The notes under the pieces were generated by a model. That model was given only the letters and a program-made list of their open reading frames with translations, made no database searches and was not told the DNA's origin. A stretch of 64,000 nucleotides of DNA, taken from Squalus acanthias (lineage: Eukaryota). Shown here one piece after another: positions 37,791 through 49,342 of this stretch (positions are counted from its first letter, which is position 1; each line of letters starts with the position of its first letter). A program made the translations under genes and the position numbers. The stretch spans positions 112,716,001 through 112,780,000 of the forward strand of contig CM059430.1 of the NCBI GenBank assembly GCA_030390025.1, in the 5' to 3' direction.

Positions 37791-38864
37791 CTGCTCCAGT
37801 TTCTTGTCCTACCCCAATTCCGGAAACCCTTAATCTTCTATAATAATCTCCTATGTGGTACCTCGACCAAGGAGGTACTGAAGTCAATGTATACTACATT
37901 CACTGTATTTCCCCATGCATTTCTGTATTTTTAAACTTAAACAGCTCGGCCATGAATTAGTCTCAAGTGCTGAGATTTGAAGCTATACCAAGAGAAAATT
38001 AGAAACATCAACATCAGGCAAGTAAAACAGAAGCATGTATTAGTCATCAAGCTGCTCCTGAATACTTGGCTATAATAAATTAACATGTTAAAAATGAAGC
38101 CACAATAACCTCATCATCCTCACAATTTGATTTAAGAAGAGCAGTTTACTCACTAGAAGCAGTACTGGCTCCAGCTCCACCTGAAGATAGGTGTCAGGAT
38201 GATATGGCTAATTGGTGCTGTCGATGGTTTGGTCCCGTCTTCTTTGCCCTAAATCAAGATAATAAATTTTGAGAAACACTTAATTTACAAAACTATTTAT
38301 AGTACAGAGTTGAGTTCAGTAGAAAAAGACAGGAAGGAGAAGTTACAATTAAGATGAGAAGTTAGTTTTTTTCCCTCACTAAAGCAGAAGTTAAAAGCTG
38401 GGCCCCACACATACCCCACCGCCCAAGCCCCAATCGCCTGAACCACAGTCTCCCCCTTCCCTCCGCCCAAGCCCCAATATCCCGACAAGCATTCCATGGT
38501 CTCGCTGTCTCCTCCCACTAGAGCCCTAATCTCCAACTCCCATTCATCTAGTCTACCTCGCCCGAGCTCCATCCCAACCCCCAATTCCCCGTCACCCTCT
38601 CTCTGACCCACAGGCCCGTCACCCTCTCCCTCCGCGAGCCCCAATCTCCTAAACGCCCTCCAGTACCCAGCCCCCTCCCCCCCCCCCCCACACCAAGTCC
38701 AAATGTCAGTCTCTTGCTCCCTCCGCCTCCCGTCCCCTCTCCTCAGTCCCAATCTCAGTCTCTTATTCCCACCAAGTCCCAATCTCTTGCCCCCTAGGCT
38801 CTGGTCACTCTCTTCTAGTCCAACCTCGCAAGCATGGGGGTGGGGCTGCTACAGCACAAAATCA

Positions 38865-39290
38865 TGTCAGCCGTGGCTCAGTGGGTAACACTCTCGCCTG
38901 AGTCAGAAGGTTGTGGATTCAAGTCCCGCTCCAGAGACTTGAGCACAAAAAAAAATCTAGACTGACCTTCTAGTGCAGTGCTGAGGGAGCGCTGCACTGT
39001 CGGAGGTGTCGCCTTTCGGATGAGACATAAAAGATCCCATGGCACTGTTTCAAAGAACAGCAGGGGCATTCTCTCCGGTGTCCTAGCCAATATTTATGCC
39101 TTGATCAACATCACTAAAAGAACAGATTATCTGGTCATTAACACATTGCTATTTGTGAGAGCTTGCTGTGCTCAAATTGGCTGCCCCGTTTCCTACATTA
39201 CAACAGTGACTACACTTCAAAAGTACTTCATTGACTGTAAAGCGCTTTGGGGCTGAAAGGCGCTATTTAAATGCAAGTCTTTCTTTCTTT
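38865..39290 (+). mobile_element. Deu-core tRNA SINE, near full length with internal deletion
   Basis: A box TGGCTCAGTGGG, B-box-like ATTCAAGTCC, Deu core and tail. Confidence 0.85.
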
Positions 39291-39459
39291 GAAATTTAAA
39301 AGGCACAAGAAGCAGCACCCAGGGGATTCATCTCCCATTCCAGGAGACTCTGCACAGGACACCGCAGGCTGGATATAACTGTTCCGCAGGCCAGATACAT
39401 TTGATTTCATCCCCCCACCCCCGATCTACATGCTGCTCCTTGGTAACAGGATATGCAGA

Positions 39460-39876
39460 CATGGCTTCCACATACACGCTGAGGACACCCAGCTCTACCC
39501 CCTACCATCTTTCTCTCTCTCTCTCTCTAGCCCTATGCTATCATGCCGATTCCAATCTTAGATGAGCCTTAAATTCCTCCAGTTAAACATTGGGAAGACC
39601 AAAGCCATCGCCTTCAGTCCCCACCACAAACGTCATACCCTCACTACCAATTCAGATTGGTAACCACGTCTTCAGGTGCTTAGGTTCCATCCTCTGGAAT
39701 TCCTTCCTTAAACCCCTCCATCTCTGCCCATCCCTCTTCTCCTTTAAGCTCCTCCTTAAAACCTACTTGTTTGGCCAAGCTCTTGGTCACCCCTTCTTTG
39801 ACATGTCTGTTTTCCTCACATCCTTTGGGATGTTTCTCTATACTAAAATGCACCACATAAATGGAAATTGTTGTTA
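39460..39876 (+). mobile_element. L2 fragment
   Basis: FHxxAEDTQLY, QLNIGKT, LWNS...LLKTYLF motifs. Confidence 0.7.
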
Positions 39877-39904
39877 ATGTCATAACTAAGAGCACTAAGG
39901 TTAG

Positions 39905-40400
39905 ATATCACTTGGTTACCTTCCTCTGCACCTTGTCCAGAGCCTTCACCGTATATGCAGACCAAAACGCAATATAATACTCCAAGTGCAGTCATAATAA
40001 AGCCTTCTTAACCTAAGTATATTGCTCTACATTTTATATTTGATAATCCTAGTAATACAACCATAAACGTCAGAGATTGCTTGTCCATTTTTGATCAACT
40101 ATTACCCCCAGATCTCTTCCTTGATCTGTTACTTTTGATGGGTAAACCTACATGATATAAACATGCCTGGAGTCCCAATACCAAAAGCATGACATTGCAC
40201 ATGTCCACATTAAGGTGACATCTGCCACACACTGGTCATTCTTCTCACTTGTCTAAATCAGCCTGCCACCTACTGATCTGAATTTCTAACCCCGCCCCCC
40301 AAACACACATTTTCATGGCTTCAGCAAATTTTAGAATGATTCCATTTAAGCTCTCCTCTAAATCATTAATGAAAATTAACAGCAACAATCCTCAAAGATC
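39905..40400 (-). mobile_element. Ancient CR1 relic
   Basis: Minus-strand remnants of FINDL, KFADD, RDLGV, HLEY. Confidence 0.5.
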
Positions 40401-40544
40401 TGTTTTGTTTGATACCAATATTCTGTTTGATATGGACGTTGCTTGAAATCTCCAAAGGGGTTTAAAATGTCCACAACATGCAAATTATGCAGCAAATGCA
40501 CAAAAATCCCCATTTATTTGACAATTCATCAGCGAGGCAGACTT

Positions 40545-41450
40545 TCCTGATCAATATCTCACGTCATCTCACTGCAGTGCATAGATTAGTGCCACCCTGA
40601 TCAAAGTCACCAATAATATTCCGCACAACTCCAACAGTGGTAAATTATCACTCCTCATCTTTCTCAACCTCCAGGGCCTTCAATATGATTCACCACTCCA
40701 TCCTTCTATTGCCTGTCTTTTGTGGTCCTCCTCTGTGGCATCGCTGTTTCATGGTTCCATTCCTACCTATCTCTGGATAGACTACAATGGATGTTCTTCC
40801 CGTCCCTGCAAGTCACCTTGGCATGCCCCAAGGCTCCATTCTTTTACCTAGTATTCTTCATAGAAGTGCTGCATTTTAGCAACATTATCTGTAAGCATGG
40901 GGTCAGATTCCATATGAATGCCAACAACTCCCAGCTTTACCTCATCACCCTCAACTCCACAACTGTTGCTGTGCTGTCTGTCTGTCCAATATCAAGTCTT
41001 GGATGAGCTAGAACTTCCTCCAGCTAAACACTGACGAGTCCCAAAGCCCCTCTTCATGATCTCCTGAGCTGCACTTTACACAAACACCAACTCAGAAATT
41101 TCTGCTACCTATAACCAATCCTGCAAAACATCCATTCACCTACGACACTCATCACCAGTGTCAACTGGCTTCCTATCTGCCAGCATATTGATTTGAAAAT
41201 CCTTGTCCTCATTTATAATTCCCTTTATGGCCAAGTTCAACCTCTGCAACCTCATACAGTTTTAGGTCCCAGCTCACAGTCCTTGCCCTGATTCTTGACA
41301 GCTTTGTGTCTGTCCCCACTCCTTCCATTCCACCATAGGTGATGGAGCCTTCAGCAATCATACCCCTCCACTCAAATTATCTTTGTACACCTCTGCCTTG
41401 CTACTTCTCTCACCTTCAACGGCTTCCTCAGAAACTTACTTCTTTGATCA
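40545..41450 (+). mobile_element. Decayed L2 LINE RT and 3' region
   Basis: ATLIKVTNNI, SWFHSYLS, FHMNANNSQLY (FHMYADDTQLY), WLPI...KIL. Confidence 0.7.
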
Positions 41451-42149
41451 AAGTTGACACGCTTCTCGCAGAAGCTTATTGCTTCTGAGGAAGCCTTTGA
41501 AGGCTATTTATCCGCTCCCTGCCTCAGAGGCAAATTGCTCAGCTCTTTGAAAACAGAAAATCTTAGGTCTGAACTCCCAAATGACAAAAGTTCAATGGCT
41601 TCGTCCATGCTTTTCAAGAGTAATAAAAATCTTGCTTCCTCAATTCTTCACAAAAGGCAGTTTATTCACATCACAAAAGTTCAATAGACTCAAGCAGGCA
41701 GAAACTGTTCAGAAGCTCAATTTTGTCTCTTTTATAAGCTCGCCCATCTTTTACACCAAAGAAAGAGCCTCCACTTTAGTATTCATAGATTTTTGACACA
41801 CCAAGTTTGTTGAGTTGCAGAATGGCCATAAAGTTCAGTAACTACAATACGGCTCACAGTAGATCAATGGCTATGCTATTTTATGACATTAATTGTACTG
41901 TACCACGCCCAATATATTATCTGGCATTAAAGTATAGCTGTGTGCAACTTGTAATGAGCAAGTCTTCTTTAGAAGCTAATTGTTCTTGGGCAGATCCTTA
42001 GATCAACTAGAGGTCAGACTGTCTTTCTTTATATACTTTTTAAGTGTAACTTCTGAAACTAGAATATATTGAGTGTTCATTGGGATGTTTCTCTGCAGAT
42101 TGGAACAGATAGGCTTTCTTTCTATTTATACTTTTAAGTGCGATACAGA

Positions 42150-43200
42150 AATTCCCTGGTCTTTTTCCATTTTATCAGTAGTGTGATTCTCAGTGCTCCA
42201 CTCAATTTTTATCTTGTGTTCCATTCTAATCCAGCAAGCTCTTCCTTATCCCTACATAATTGTGCTGCAATTCAGATTCATCACACGCATTCTTTTGACT
42301 GGCCTTAAAATTATGGCAATCTTTACCTCCATAAGTCTTTTCCTCATTCTAATAACCTTCAAATGAGATGCATATTTACTGTATAGAAACATACATTCCA
42401 AATGTTACAATAACTTCAAGCTGTGGAGTTTTGTGAACATTGTATTTTCTTATTTTAAGAGCAACAGATGCACCACAAGTCAACTGCACCATCCTGTGCT
42501 TGCAACTGTACAGACAAGTTTTGACCAGACTCGCCCCATTCTCTCACAATACTCAGTCACATCCACACCTTGATTTTTTTTCCCCCATACCATTCAATGA
42601 AGCAGTGAAACTCTTGCTTTTATTCAATTCTTCAAAAGATACAATTATTTTATATCTCAACTAAGTCTAAACAACAGCTACCGTCTCTTACATTTGATGG
42701 CTCCACCCCATGCCCTTCAACTAGACATTCTGGGCCTCACCATCTCCTCTGACCTCAAATGGAACGCTCTTAATTGTTCCTCAACAACATTTATTCTCTA
42801 CTAAATCCAAGTCTATCCAATACTTAAAGACCAACATATCTGTAGAGGCTCTTCTGGTATCTCTTGCACTCCTGGACAAGATACAAAACAAAGCTTGTCT
42901 TCTGATAAGCAATTCTTCACTTACAGTATCCAACCCCTTTCTATCTCTCTGTTGGAACCTTTCTGGGTCTTTTTCCACTTTATCAGTCGTATGATTCTCA
43001 GCACTCCTCTCAACTTTCATCTTGTGTTCCATTCTAATCCTGCATATCTGTGCTGCAATTAAGATTCATCACATGCATTCTTTTGACAGGCCTCAAAATT
43101 ATGACAATCTTTACCTCCACAAGTCTTTCCCTCATTCTATAACCTTCAGTTTTTTAAACCCCAAACTTGATATTACCTTACAAATACTAACTGATTCACT
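42150..43200 (+). mobile_element. Two old Zenon-like LINE 3' fragments (42150-42362 and ~42650-43200)
   Basis: LDILGLTISSDLKWN, LLDKIQNKAC; 42155-42360 is collinear with 42960-43148. Confidence 0.6.
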
Positions 43201-44473
43201 TAATTTTCTCCTCTTCTCCTTTGGTTGTATTCTGTTCAAATGGTCCTTGGTGTCTTAACCTGGTGATAGCTACTACTTAGACTTGCATGAGATGCAAATA
43301 AACCATCTTTGAAGTACTGAAAGAAACAAGATAATTCAAAAAGTTCTAAATAAAAGCCAGGTCCAACTTTGTTACTGTAATTTATTGGGTATTAGCAGGG
43401 TACAGTGGCACAGTGGTTATATTACTGGATTAGTAACCCAGAGGCCTGGACTAATAATGCGGAGATGCCAGTTCAAATCCCACCACGGCAGCTGGGGAAT
43501 TTAAATTCACTTAATTAGCTTTTTATTCCTGATTTATTTAGTGAAACTACCGTAAGAATCCATCTGGTTCACTAATGTACACTACGAAAAACAATAAGAA
43601 TAAATAAACCGGACGGATCATCCGGCATCTACCTAGGCACTGGATTCGGATACGACAACGGCCCAGTCGATCCGGCAAAGTCCTCCTCACTAACAGCTGT
43701 GCCTAAATTGGGAGGGCTGTCCCACAGACTAGCCAAGCAACAGCCTGGCATAGTCATATTCACAAAATCATACCTTTCAGCCAACGTCCCAGACTCTTCT
43801 GTCACCATCCCAGAGGTGGCGGCACAATGGTGTACAGTCAACATCGACTCATGGCATCAAGCATAGACAAGGAAACCTCCTGCTGATTACCTCCTACTGC
43901 CCTCCCTCAGCTGATGAATCAGTACTCCTTCATGTTGAACACCACTTGGAAGAAGCACTGAGGGTAGCAAGGGCACAGAATGTACTCTGGGTGGGGGACT
44001 TCAATGTTCATAACCAAGGGTGGCTCGGTAGCACCACTGCTGGCCAAGTCCTGAAGGACAAAGCTGCCAAACTGGGCCTGTGGCAGATGGTGAGAGAACC
44101 AACGAGGGAAAAACCTACTTGACCTCATCCTCACCAATCTACCTGTTGCAGATGTATCTGTCCATGACATTATTGGTAGCAGTGACCACAGCACAGTCAT
44201 TGTGGAGACAAAGTCCCGTCTTCGCACTGAGGTCACCCTCCATCGTGTTGTGTGGCACTACCACCGTGCTAAATAGGATAGATTCAGAACAGACCTAGCA
44301 GCTCAAAACTGGGCATCCATGAGGTGCTGTGGGCCATCAGCAGAAGAATTGTATTCCACCACAATCTGTAAACTAATGGCCTGGCATATCCTTCACTCCA
44401 CCATTATCACCAAGCCAGGCAACCAATTAGAGTAACTAATTCAGAAGTAGCCCGTGGTCAGGGACAGGAAGGT

Positions 44474-45172
44474 GTGACTACGAGTGAGGCAGGTACAGGG
44501 ATCCAGGAGGTAGTTTTGGAGGAGCCGCAGCCCTTGCTCTTGTCCAACAGGTTCGAGGCTCTTACTCCCTGTGTGGATAGGAGCGGGGACTGCAGGGAGG
44601 ATGAGCAACCTGGCCACAGCACCGTGGTAAGGGGGGCCATTCAAGTGGGGGGAGTAAAAAGAAATGTTGTAGTGGTAGGGGATAGTATCATTAGGGGGAT
44701 AGATAGGGTTCTTTGCAGCCAAGAGCGAGAGTCCCGAAGGCTGTGTTGCCTGCCCGGTGCCAGGGTTAAGGACATCTCCTCTGGGCTGGAGAGAAACTTG
44801 GAGTGGGAGGGGGAGGATCCAGTTGTCGTGGTCGATGTTGGTACCAATGACATAGATAGGACAAGGAAAGAGGTTCTGCTGAGGGAGTTTGAGCAGCTAG
44901 GGGCCAAATTAAAAAGCAGAACCTCGAGGGTAATAATCTCTGGATTACTACCTGAGCCACGAGCAAATTTGGCTAGGGTAAATAAAATCAGGGAGTTGAA
45001 TGCGTGGCTCAAAGACTGGTGTGGGAAAAATGGGTTTTGCTTCTTGGGACACTGGCACCAGTACTGGGGCAGGAGAGAGCTGTTCCGTTGGGACGGACTT
45101 CACTTGGCCGGTGCTGGGACTAGTGTCCTGGCGAATCGAATAACTAGGGCTGTGGAGAGGGCTTTAAACTAA
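44474..45172 (+). CDS. CR1 ORF1 C-terminal part, SGNH/GDSL esterase-like domain (N-terminus lost by truncation)
   Basis: GDSIIRG, LPGARV, VGTND, DGLHL blocks. Confidence 0.9.
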   Translation: MTTSEAGTGIQEVVLEEPQPLLLSNRFEALTPCVDRSGDCREDEQPGHSTVVRGAIQVGGVKRNVVVVGDSIIRGIDRVLCSQERESRRLCCLPGARVKDISSGLERNLEWEGEDPVVVVDVGTNDIDRTRKEVLLREFEQLGAKLKSRTSRVIISGLLPEPRANLARVNKIRELNAWLKDWCGKNGFCFLGHWHQYWGRRELFRWDGLHLAGAGTSVLANRITRAVERALN

Positions 45173-45175
45173 TTA

Positions 45176-48163
45176 GTGGGGGGGGAGGTTTCAAGAGAGC
45201 AAAAAATAAAAATGACAACAGAGAGGGTCATAGACATAGGTAGCAGTAGGGGAATCACAAATCAGAGCGTGGCAGGAAGGGACAGAGTGTGTGGAGTAAA
45301 AGGTAAAGTGGTAAAAAGTGAAAAAGCAGGAACTAAGTGCCACAAAGCATATTTGAAAGTTCTCTATCTGAATGCACGTAGCATTCGTAACAAAATAGAC
45401 GAGTTAATGGCACAAATAACTACATATGGTTATGATATTGTGGCCATTACAGAAACATGGCTGCAGGGTGACAATGCCTGGGAATTAAACATACCAGGTT
45501 ATTTAACGATCAGGAAGGACAGGCAGGAAGGAAGGGGAGGTGGGGTGGCTATGTTAATAAAGGAAGGAATCACTGTAATACAGAGTAATGATATTGGGTC
45601 AAAAAATCATGATAATGAAACAGTTTGGGTGGAGATAAGGAATAATAAGGGGAAAAAAACACTAGTGGGCGTAGTCTATAGGCCTCCGAACAGTTGCAAC
45701 TCTGTTGGACGGAGTATCAATCAGGAAATAGTTGAGGCATGTAATAAGGGAACATCTATAATTATGGGGGATTTTAACTATCATATTAATTGGACAAATC
45801 AAATGGGGCAGGGCTGCCTTGAGGATGAGTTCATTGAGTGTATTAGGGATGGGTTTCTTGAGCAGTATGTAACTGAACCGACCAGGGGGCAAGCAACCTT
45901 AGATCTGGTCCTGTGTAACGAGACAGGATTAATTAAAAATGTCCTAGTAAAGGATCCCCTTGGAATGAGTGACCATAACATGGTTGAATTCCATATTCAA
46001 TTAGAGGGTGAGAAGGTTGGATCTCAAACAAGCGTGCTAAGCTTGAATAAAGGAGACTATGAAGGTATGCGAGCGGAATTGAGTAGAGTGGATTGGGAAA
46101 ATAGATTAAAGGGTAAGACGACACATGAGCAGTGGTGTACATTCAAGGAGTTATTTTACAACTTCCAAAAAAAATATATTCCACTGAAAAGAAAAGGGTG
46201 TAAAAGAAAGGACAGTCATCCGTGGCTAAGTAAAGAAATTAAGGATAGTATTCGACTAAAAACAAGGGCATATAAGGTAGCGAAATCTAGTGGGAGGACA
46301 GAGGATTGGGAAAACTTTAAAAGGCAGCAAAAAATAACAAAAAGATTGATTAAGAAAGGGAAGATAGATTATGAAAGTAAATTAGCAAAAAATATAAAAA
46401 CAGATAGTAAGAGTTTTTATAGTTATATAAAAAGAAAAAGGGTGGCTAAAGTAAATGTTGGTCCCTTAGAGGATGAGACCGGGAAATTAATGGTGGGAAA
46501 TATGGAGATGGCAAAAACACTGAATGAATATTTTGTATCAGTCTTTACAGTAGAGGACACTAAGAATATCCCAACACTGGACAAACAGGGGGCTATAGGG
46601 GGAGAGGAGCTAAACACGATCAAAATCACTAAGGAAGTGGTACTCGGTAAAATAATGGGACTCAAGGCGGATAAATCACCTGGACCTGATGGCTTACATC
46701 CTAGAGTCTTGAAGGAAGTGGCGGTAGGGATTGTAGATGCATTGGTAATAATTTTTCAAAACTCCCTGGATTCCGCTGAGGTCCCGGCAGACTGGAAAAC
46801 TGCTAATGTAACACCCTTATTTAAAAAGGGCAGTAGACAGAAGGCTGGTAACTATAGACCGGTTAGCCTAACATCTGTGGTAGGTAAAATTTTGGAGTCC
46901 ATTATTAAGGAAACAGTAACAGGACATTTGGATAATCATAATTTAATAGGACAAAGTCAGCATGGTTTTACGAAGGGGAAGTCATGTTTGACAAATTTGC
47001 TGGAGTTCTTTGAGGAAGTAACATATAGAGTGGATAAAGGGGAACCAGTGGACGTAGTGTATTTAGACTTCCAAAAGGCATTTGACAAGGTGCCACACAA
47101 AAGATTATTGCTTAAGGTAAAAAATCACGGGATTGGGGGTAATATTCTGGCATGGATAGAGGATTGGCTATCCAACAGAAAGCAAAGAGTTGGGATAAAT
47201 GGTTCATTCTCAGACTGGCAATCAGTAACTAGTGGTGTTCCACAGGGGTCAGTGCTGGGTCCCCAACTCTTTACAATCTATATTAACGATTTGGAGGAAG
47301 GGACCAAGTGTAACATATCAAAATTTGCAGATGATACAAAGATGGGAGGGAAAGTAGTGAGTGAGGAGGACATAAAAAACCTGCAAGGGGACATAGACAG
47401 GCTAAGTAAGTGGGCAGAGATTTGGCAGATGGAATACAACACTGGAAAGTGTGAGGTGATGCACTTTGGCAGGAAAAATCCTAGAGCAATTTATTATCTT
47501 AATGGCAAGAAACTGGAGAGTACTGAAGTGCAAAGGGATCTGGGGGTCCTGGTGCACGAAACTCAAAAGGTTAGTATGCAGGTGCAGCAAGTGATTAAGA
47601 AGGCAAATGGAATGTTGGCTTTCATTGCTAGGGGGATAGAATATAAAAATAGGGAGGTATTGCTTCAGTTGTACAAGGTATTGGTGAGACCGCACCTGGA
47701 ATACTGCATACAGTTTTGGTGTCCTTACTTAAGGAAAGACATCCTTGCTCTCGAGGCAGTGCAAAAAAGGTTCACTCGGTTAATCCCGGGGATGAGGGGG
47801 TGGTCATATGAGGAGAGGTTGGGTAGATTGGGACTCTACTCATTGGAGTTCAGAAGAATGAGAGGCGATCTTATTGAAACATATAAGATTGTGAAGGGGT
47901 TGGATCGGGTGGATGCGGGGAGGATGTTCCCGATGACGGGTGAGACTAGAACTAGGGGACATAGTCTTAGAATAAGGGGCTGCTCTTTCAAAACTGAGAT
48001 GAGGAGGAACTACTTCACTCAGAGGGTGGTAGGTCCATGGAATATGCTGCCACAAAAAGCTGTAGAAGCTACAACATTAATTAAATTTAAAACAGAAATA
48101 GACAGTTTCCTAGAAGTAAAGGGCATTAAGGGTTACGGGGAGCGGGCAGGAATTTGGACATGA
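45176..48163 (+). CDS. CR1 ORF2: AP-like endonuclease plus reverse transcriptase (995 aa, uninterrupted)
   Basis: LNARS, ITETW, YRPP, GDFN, LDL, SDH; [40 protein letters not shown]. Confidence 0.95.
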   Translation: MGGEVSREQKIKMTTERVIDIGSSRGITNQSVAGRDRVCGVKGKVVKSEKAGTKCHKAYLKVLYLNARSIRNKIDELMAQITTYGYDIVAITETWLQGDNAWELNIPGYLTIRKDRQEGRGGGVAMLIKEGITVIQSNDIGSKNHDNETVWVEIRNNKGKKTLVGVVYRPPNSCNSVGRSINQEIVEACNKGTSIIMGDFNYHINWTNQMGQGCLEDEFIECIRDGFLEQYVTEPTRGQATLDLVLCNETGLIKNVLVKDPLGMSDHNMVEFHIQLEGEKVGSQTSVLSLNKGDYEGMRAELSRVDWENRLKGKTTHEQWCTFKELFYNFQKKYIPLKRKGCKRKDSHPWLSKEIKDSIRLKTRAYKVAKSSGRTEDWENFKRQQKITKRLIKKGKIDYESKLAKNIKTDSKSFYSYIKRKRVAKVNVGPLEDETGKLMVGNMEMAKTLNEYFVSVFTVEDTKNIPTLDKQGAIGGEELNTIKITKEVVLGKIMGLKADKSPGPDGLHPRVLKEVAVGIVDALVIIFQNSLDSAEVPADWKTANVTPLFKKGSRQKAGNYRPVSLTSVVGKILESIIKETVTGHLDNHNLIGQSQHGFTKGKSCLTNLLEFFEEVTYRVDKGEPVDVVYLDFQKAFDKVPHKRLLLKVKNHGIGGNILAWIEDWLSNRKQRVGINGSFSDWQSVTSGVPQGSVLGPQLFTIYINDLEEGTKCNISKFADDTKMGGKVVSEEDIKNLQGDIDRLSKWAEIWQMEYNTGKCEVMHFGRKNPRAIYYLNGKKLESTEVQRDLGVLVHETQKVSMQVQQVIKKANGMLAFIARGIEYKNREVLLQLYKVLVRPHLEYCIQFWCPYLRKDILALEAVQKRFTRLIPGMRGWSYEERLGRLGLYSLEFRRMRGDLIETYKIVKGLDRVDAGRMFPMTGETRTRGHSLRIRGCSFKTEMRRNYFTQRVVGPWNMLPQKAVEATTLIKFKTEIDSFLEVKGIKGYGERAGIWT

Positions 48164-49342
48164 GTCTAGGTTCGGATCGGTCATGGCCCTGTGGGTAGTG
48201 GAGCGGGCCCAGGGACCGTGTAGCCTGATTCTGCTCCTATTTCGTGTGTGCAATTGTTAGATGCAGGAGATGGTTCTGTGATAGATAGTAGATTGGCGGT
48301 TAGGATCAGATCAGCCATGATCTTATTGAATGGCGGAGCAGGCTCGAGGGGCCGATTGGCCTACTCCTGCTCCTATTTCTTATGTTCTTATCTTATGTTC
48401 TTATGGTTCAATGAGGAGTGTAGAAGAGCATGCCAGGAGCAATGTACCTAAAAATGAAGTGCCAACCTGGGGAAGTTGCAACACAGGACTACATGCATGT
48501 TAAACAGCGGAAGCAGCATGCTATAGACAGAGCTAAGCGATCCCACAACCAACGAATCAGATCAAAGCTCTGCAGTCCTGCCACATCCAGTCATGAATGT
48601 TGGTAGTCAATTAAATAACTAAGGGGAGAAGGAGACTCCATAATGACAGAGCCCAACACACAAGTGCAAAAGACAAGGTTGAAGCTTTTGTAACCACCTT
48701 CAGCCAGAAATGCCAAGTGGATGATCCATCTCGGCCTCCACCTGAGGTCCCCACCATCACAGAAGACAGTCTTCAGCCAATTCCATTCACTCCACGTGAT
48801 ATCAAGAAACGGCCGAGAGCACTGGATACATCCTGGCTGTCGTGCTAAAGACCTGTGCTCCAGAACTAGCCGTACCTCTAGCCAAGCTGTTCCAATACAG
48901 CTACAACATTGGCATCTACCAGACAATGTGGAAAACTGCCCAGGTATGTCCTGTCCGCAAAAAGCAGGACAAATCCAATCTGGCCAATTACCGCCCCATC
49001 AGTCTACTCTCATCACCAGCAAAGCAATGGAAGGTGTCGTCGACAGTGCTATCAAGCGGCACTTACTCACCAATGCCCAGTTTGGGTTCCGCCAAGACCA
49101 CTCGGCTCCAGACCTCATTACAGCCTTGGTCCAAACATGGACAATAGAGCAGAATTCCAGAGGTGAGAGTGACAGCCAAATGCTGCCTTGATGTCAATGG
49201 CAAAGTATGGCATCAAGGAGCCCAAGTAAAATTTAAGTCAATGGGAATCAGGGGGGAAAAAATCTCCATTGGCTGGAGTCATACCTAGCATAAAGGAAGA
49301 TGGTTGTGGTTGTTGGAGGCCGATCATCTCAGCCCAAGAACA

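Larger units (their letters stand above)
44425..48403 (+). mobile_element. Young CR1 LINE, 5'-truncated within ORF1, intact ORF2
   Basis: Open ORF1 remnant, 995-aa ORF2, 3' UTR and (TTCTTATG)n-like tail; no TSD. Confidence 0.97.

Noticed and set aside
42150-43150. Direct repeat as LTR pair
   Set aside because: Both copies translate to a Zenon-like LINE C-terminus, so they are better explained as two LINE 3' ends.
44641-48055. Antisense ORFs within CR1 (also 2028-2459, 27021-27593)
   Set aside because: Shadow ORFs opposite real coding frames.
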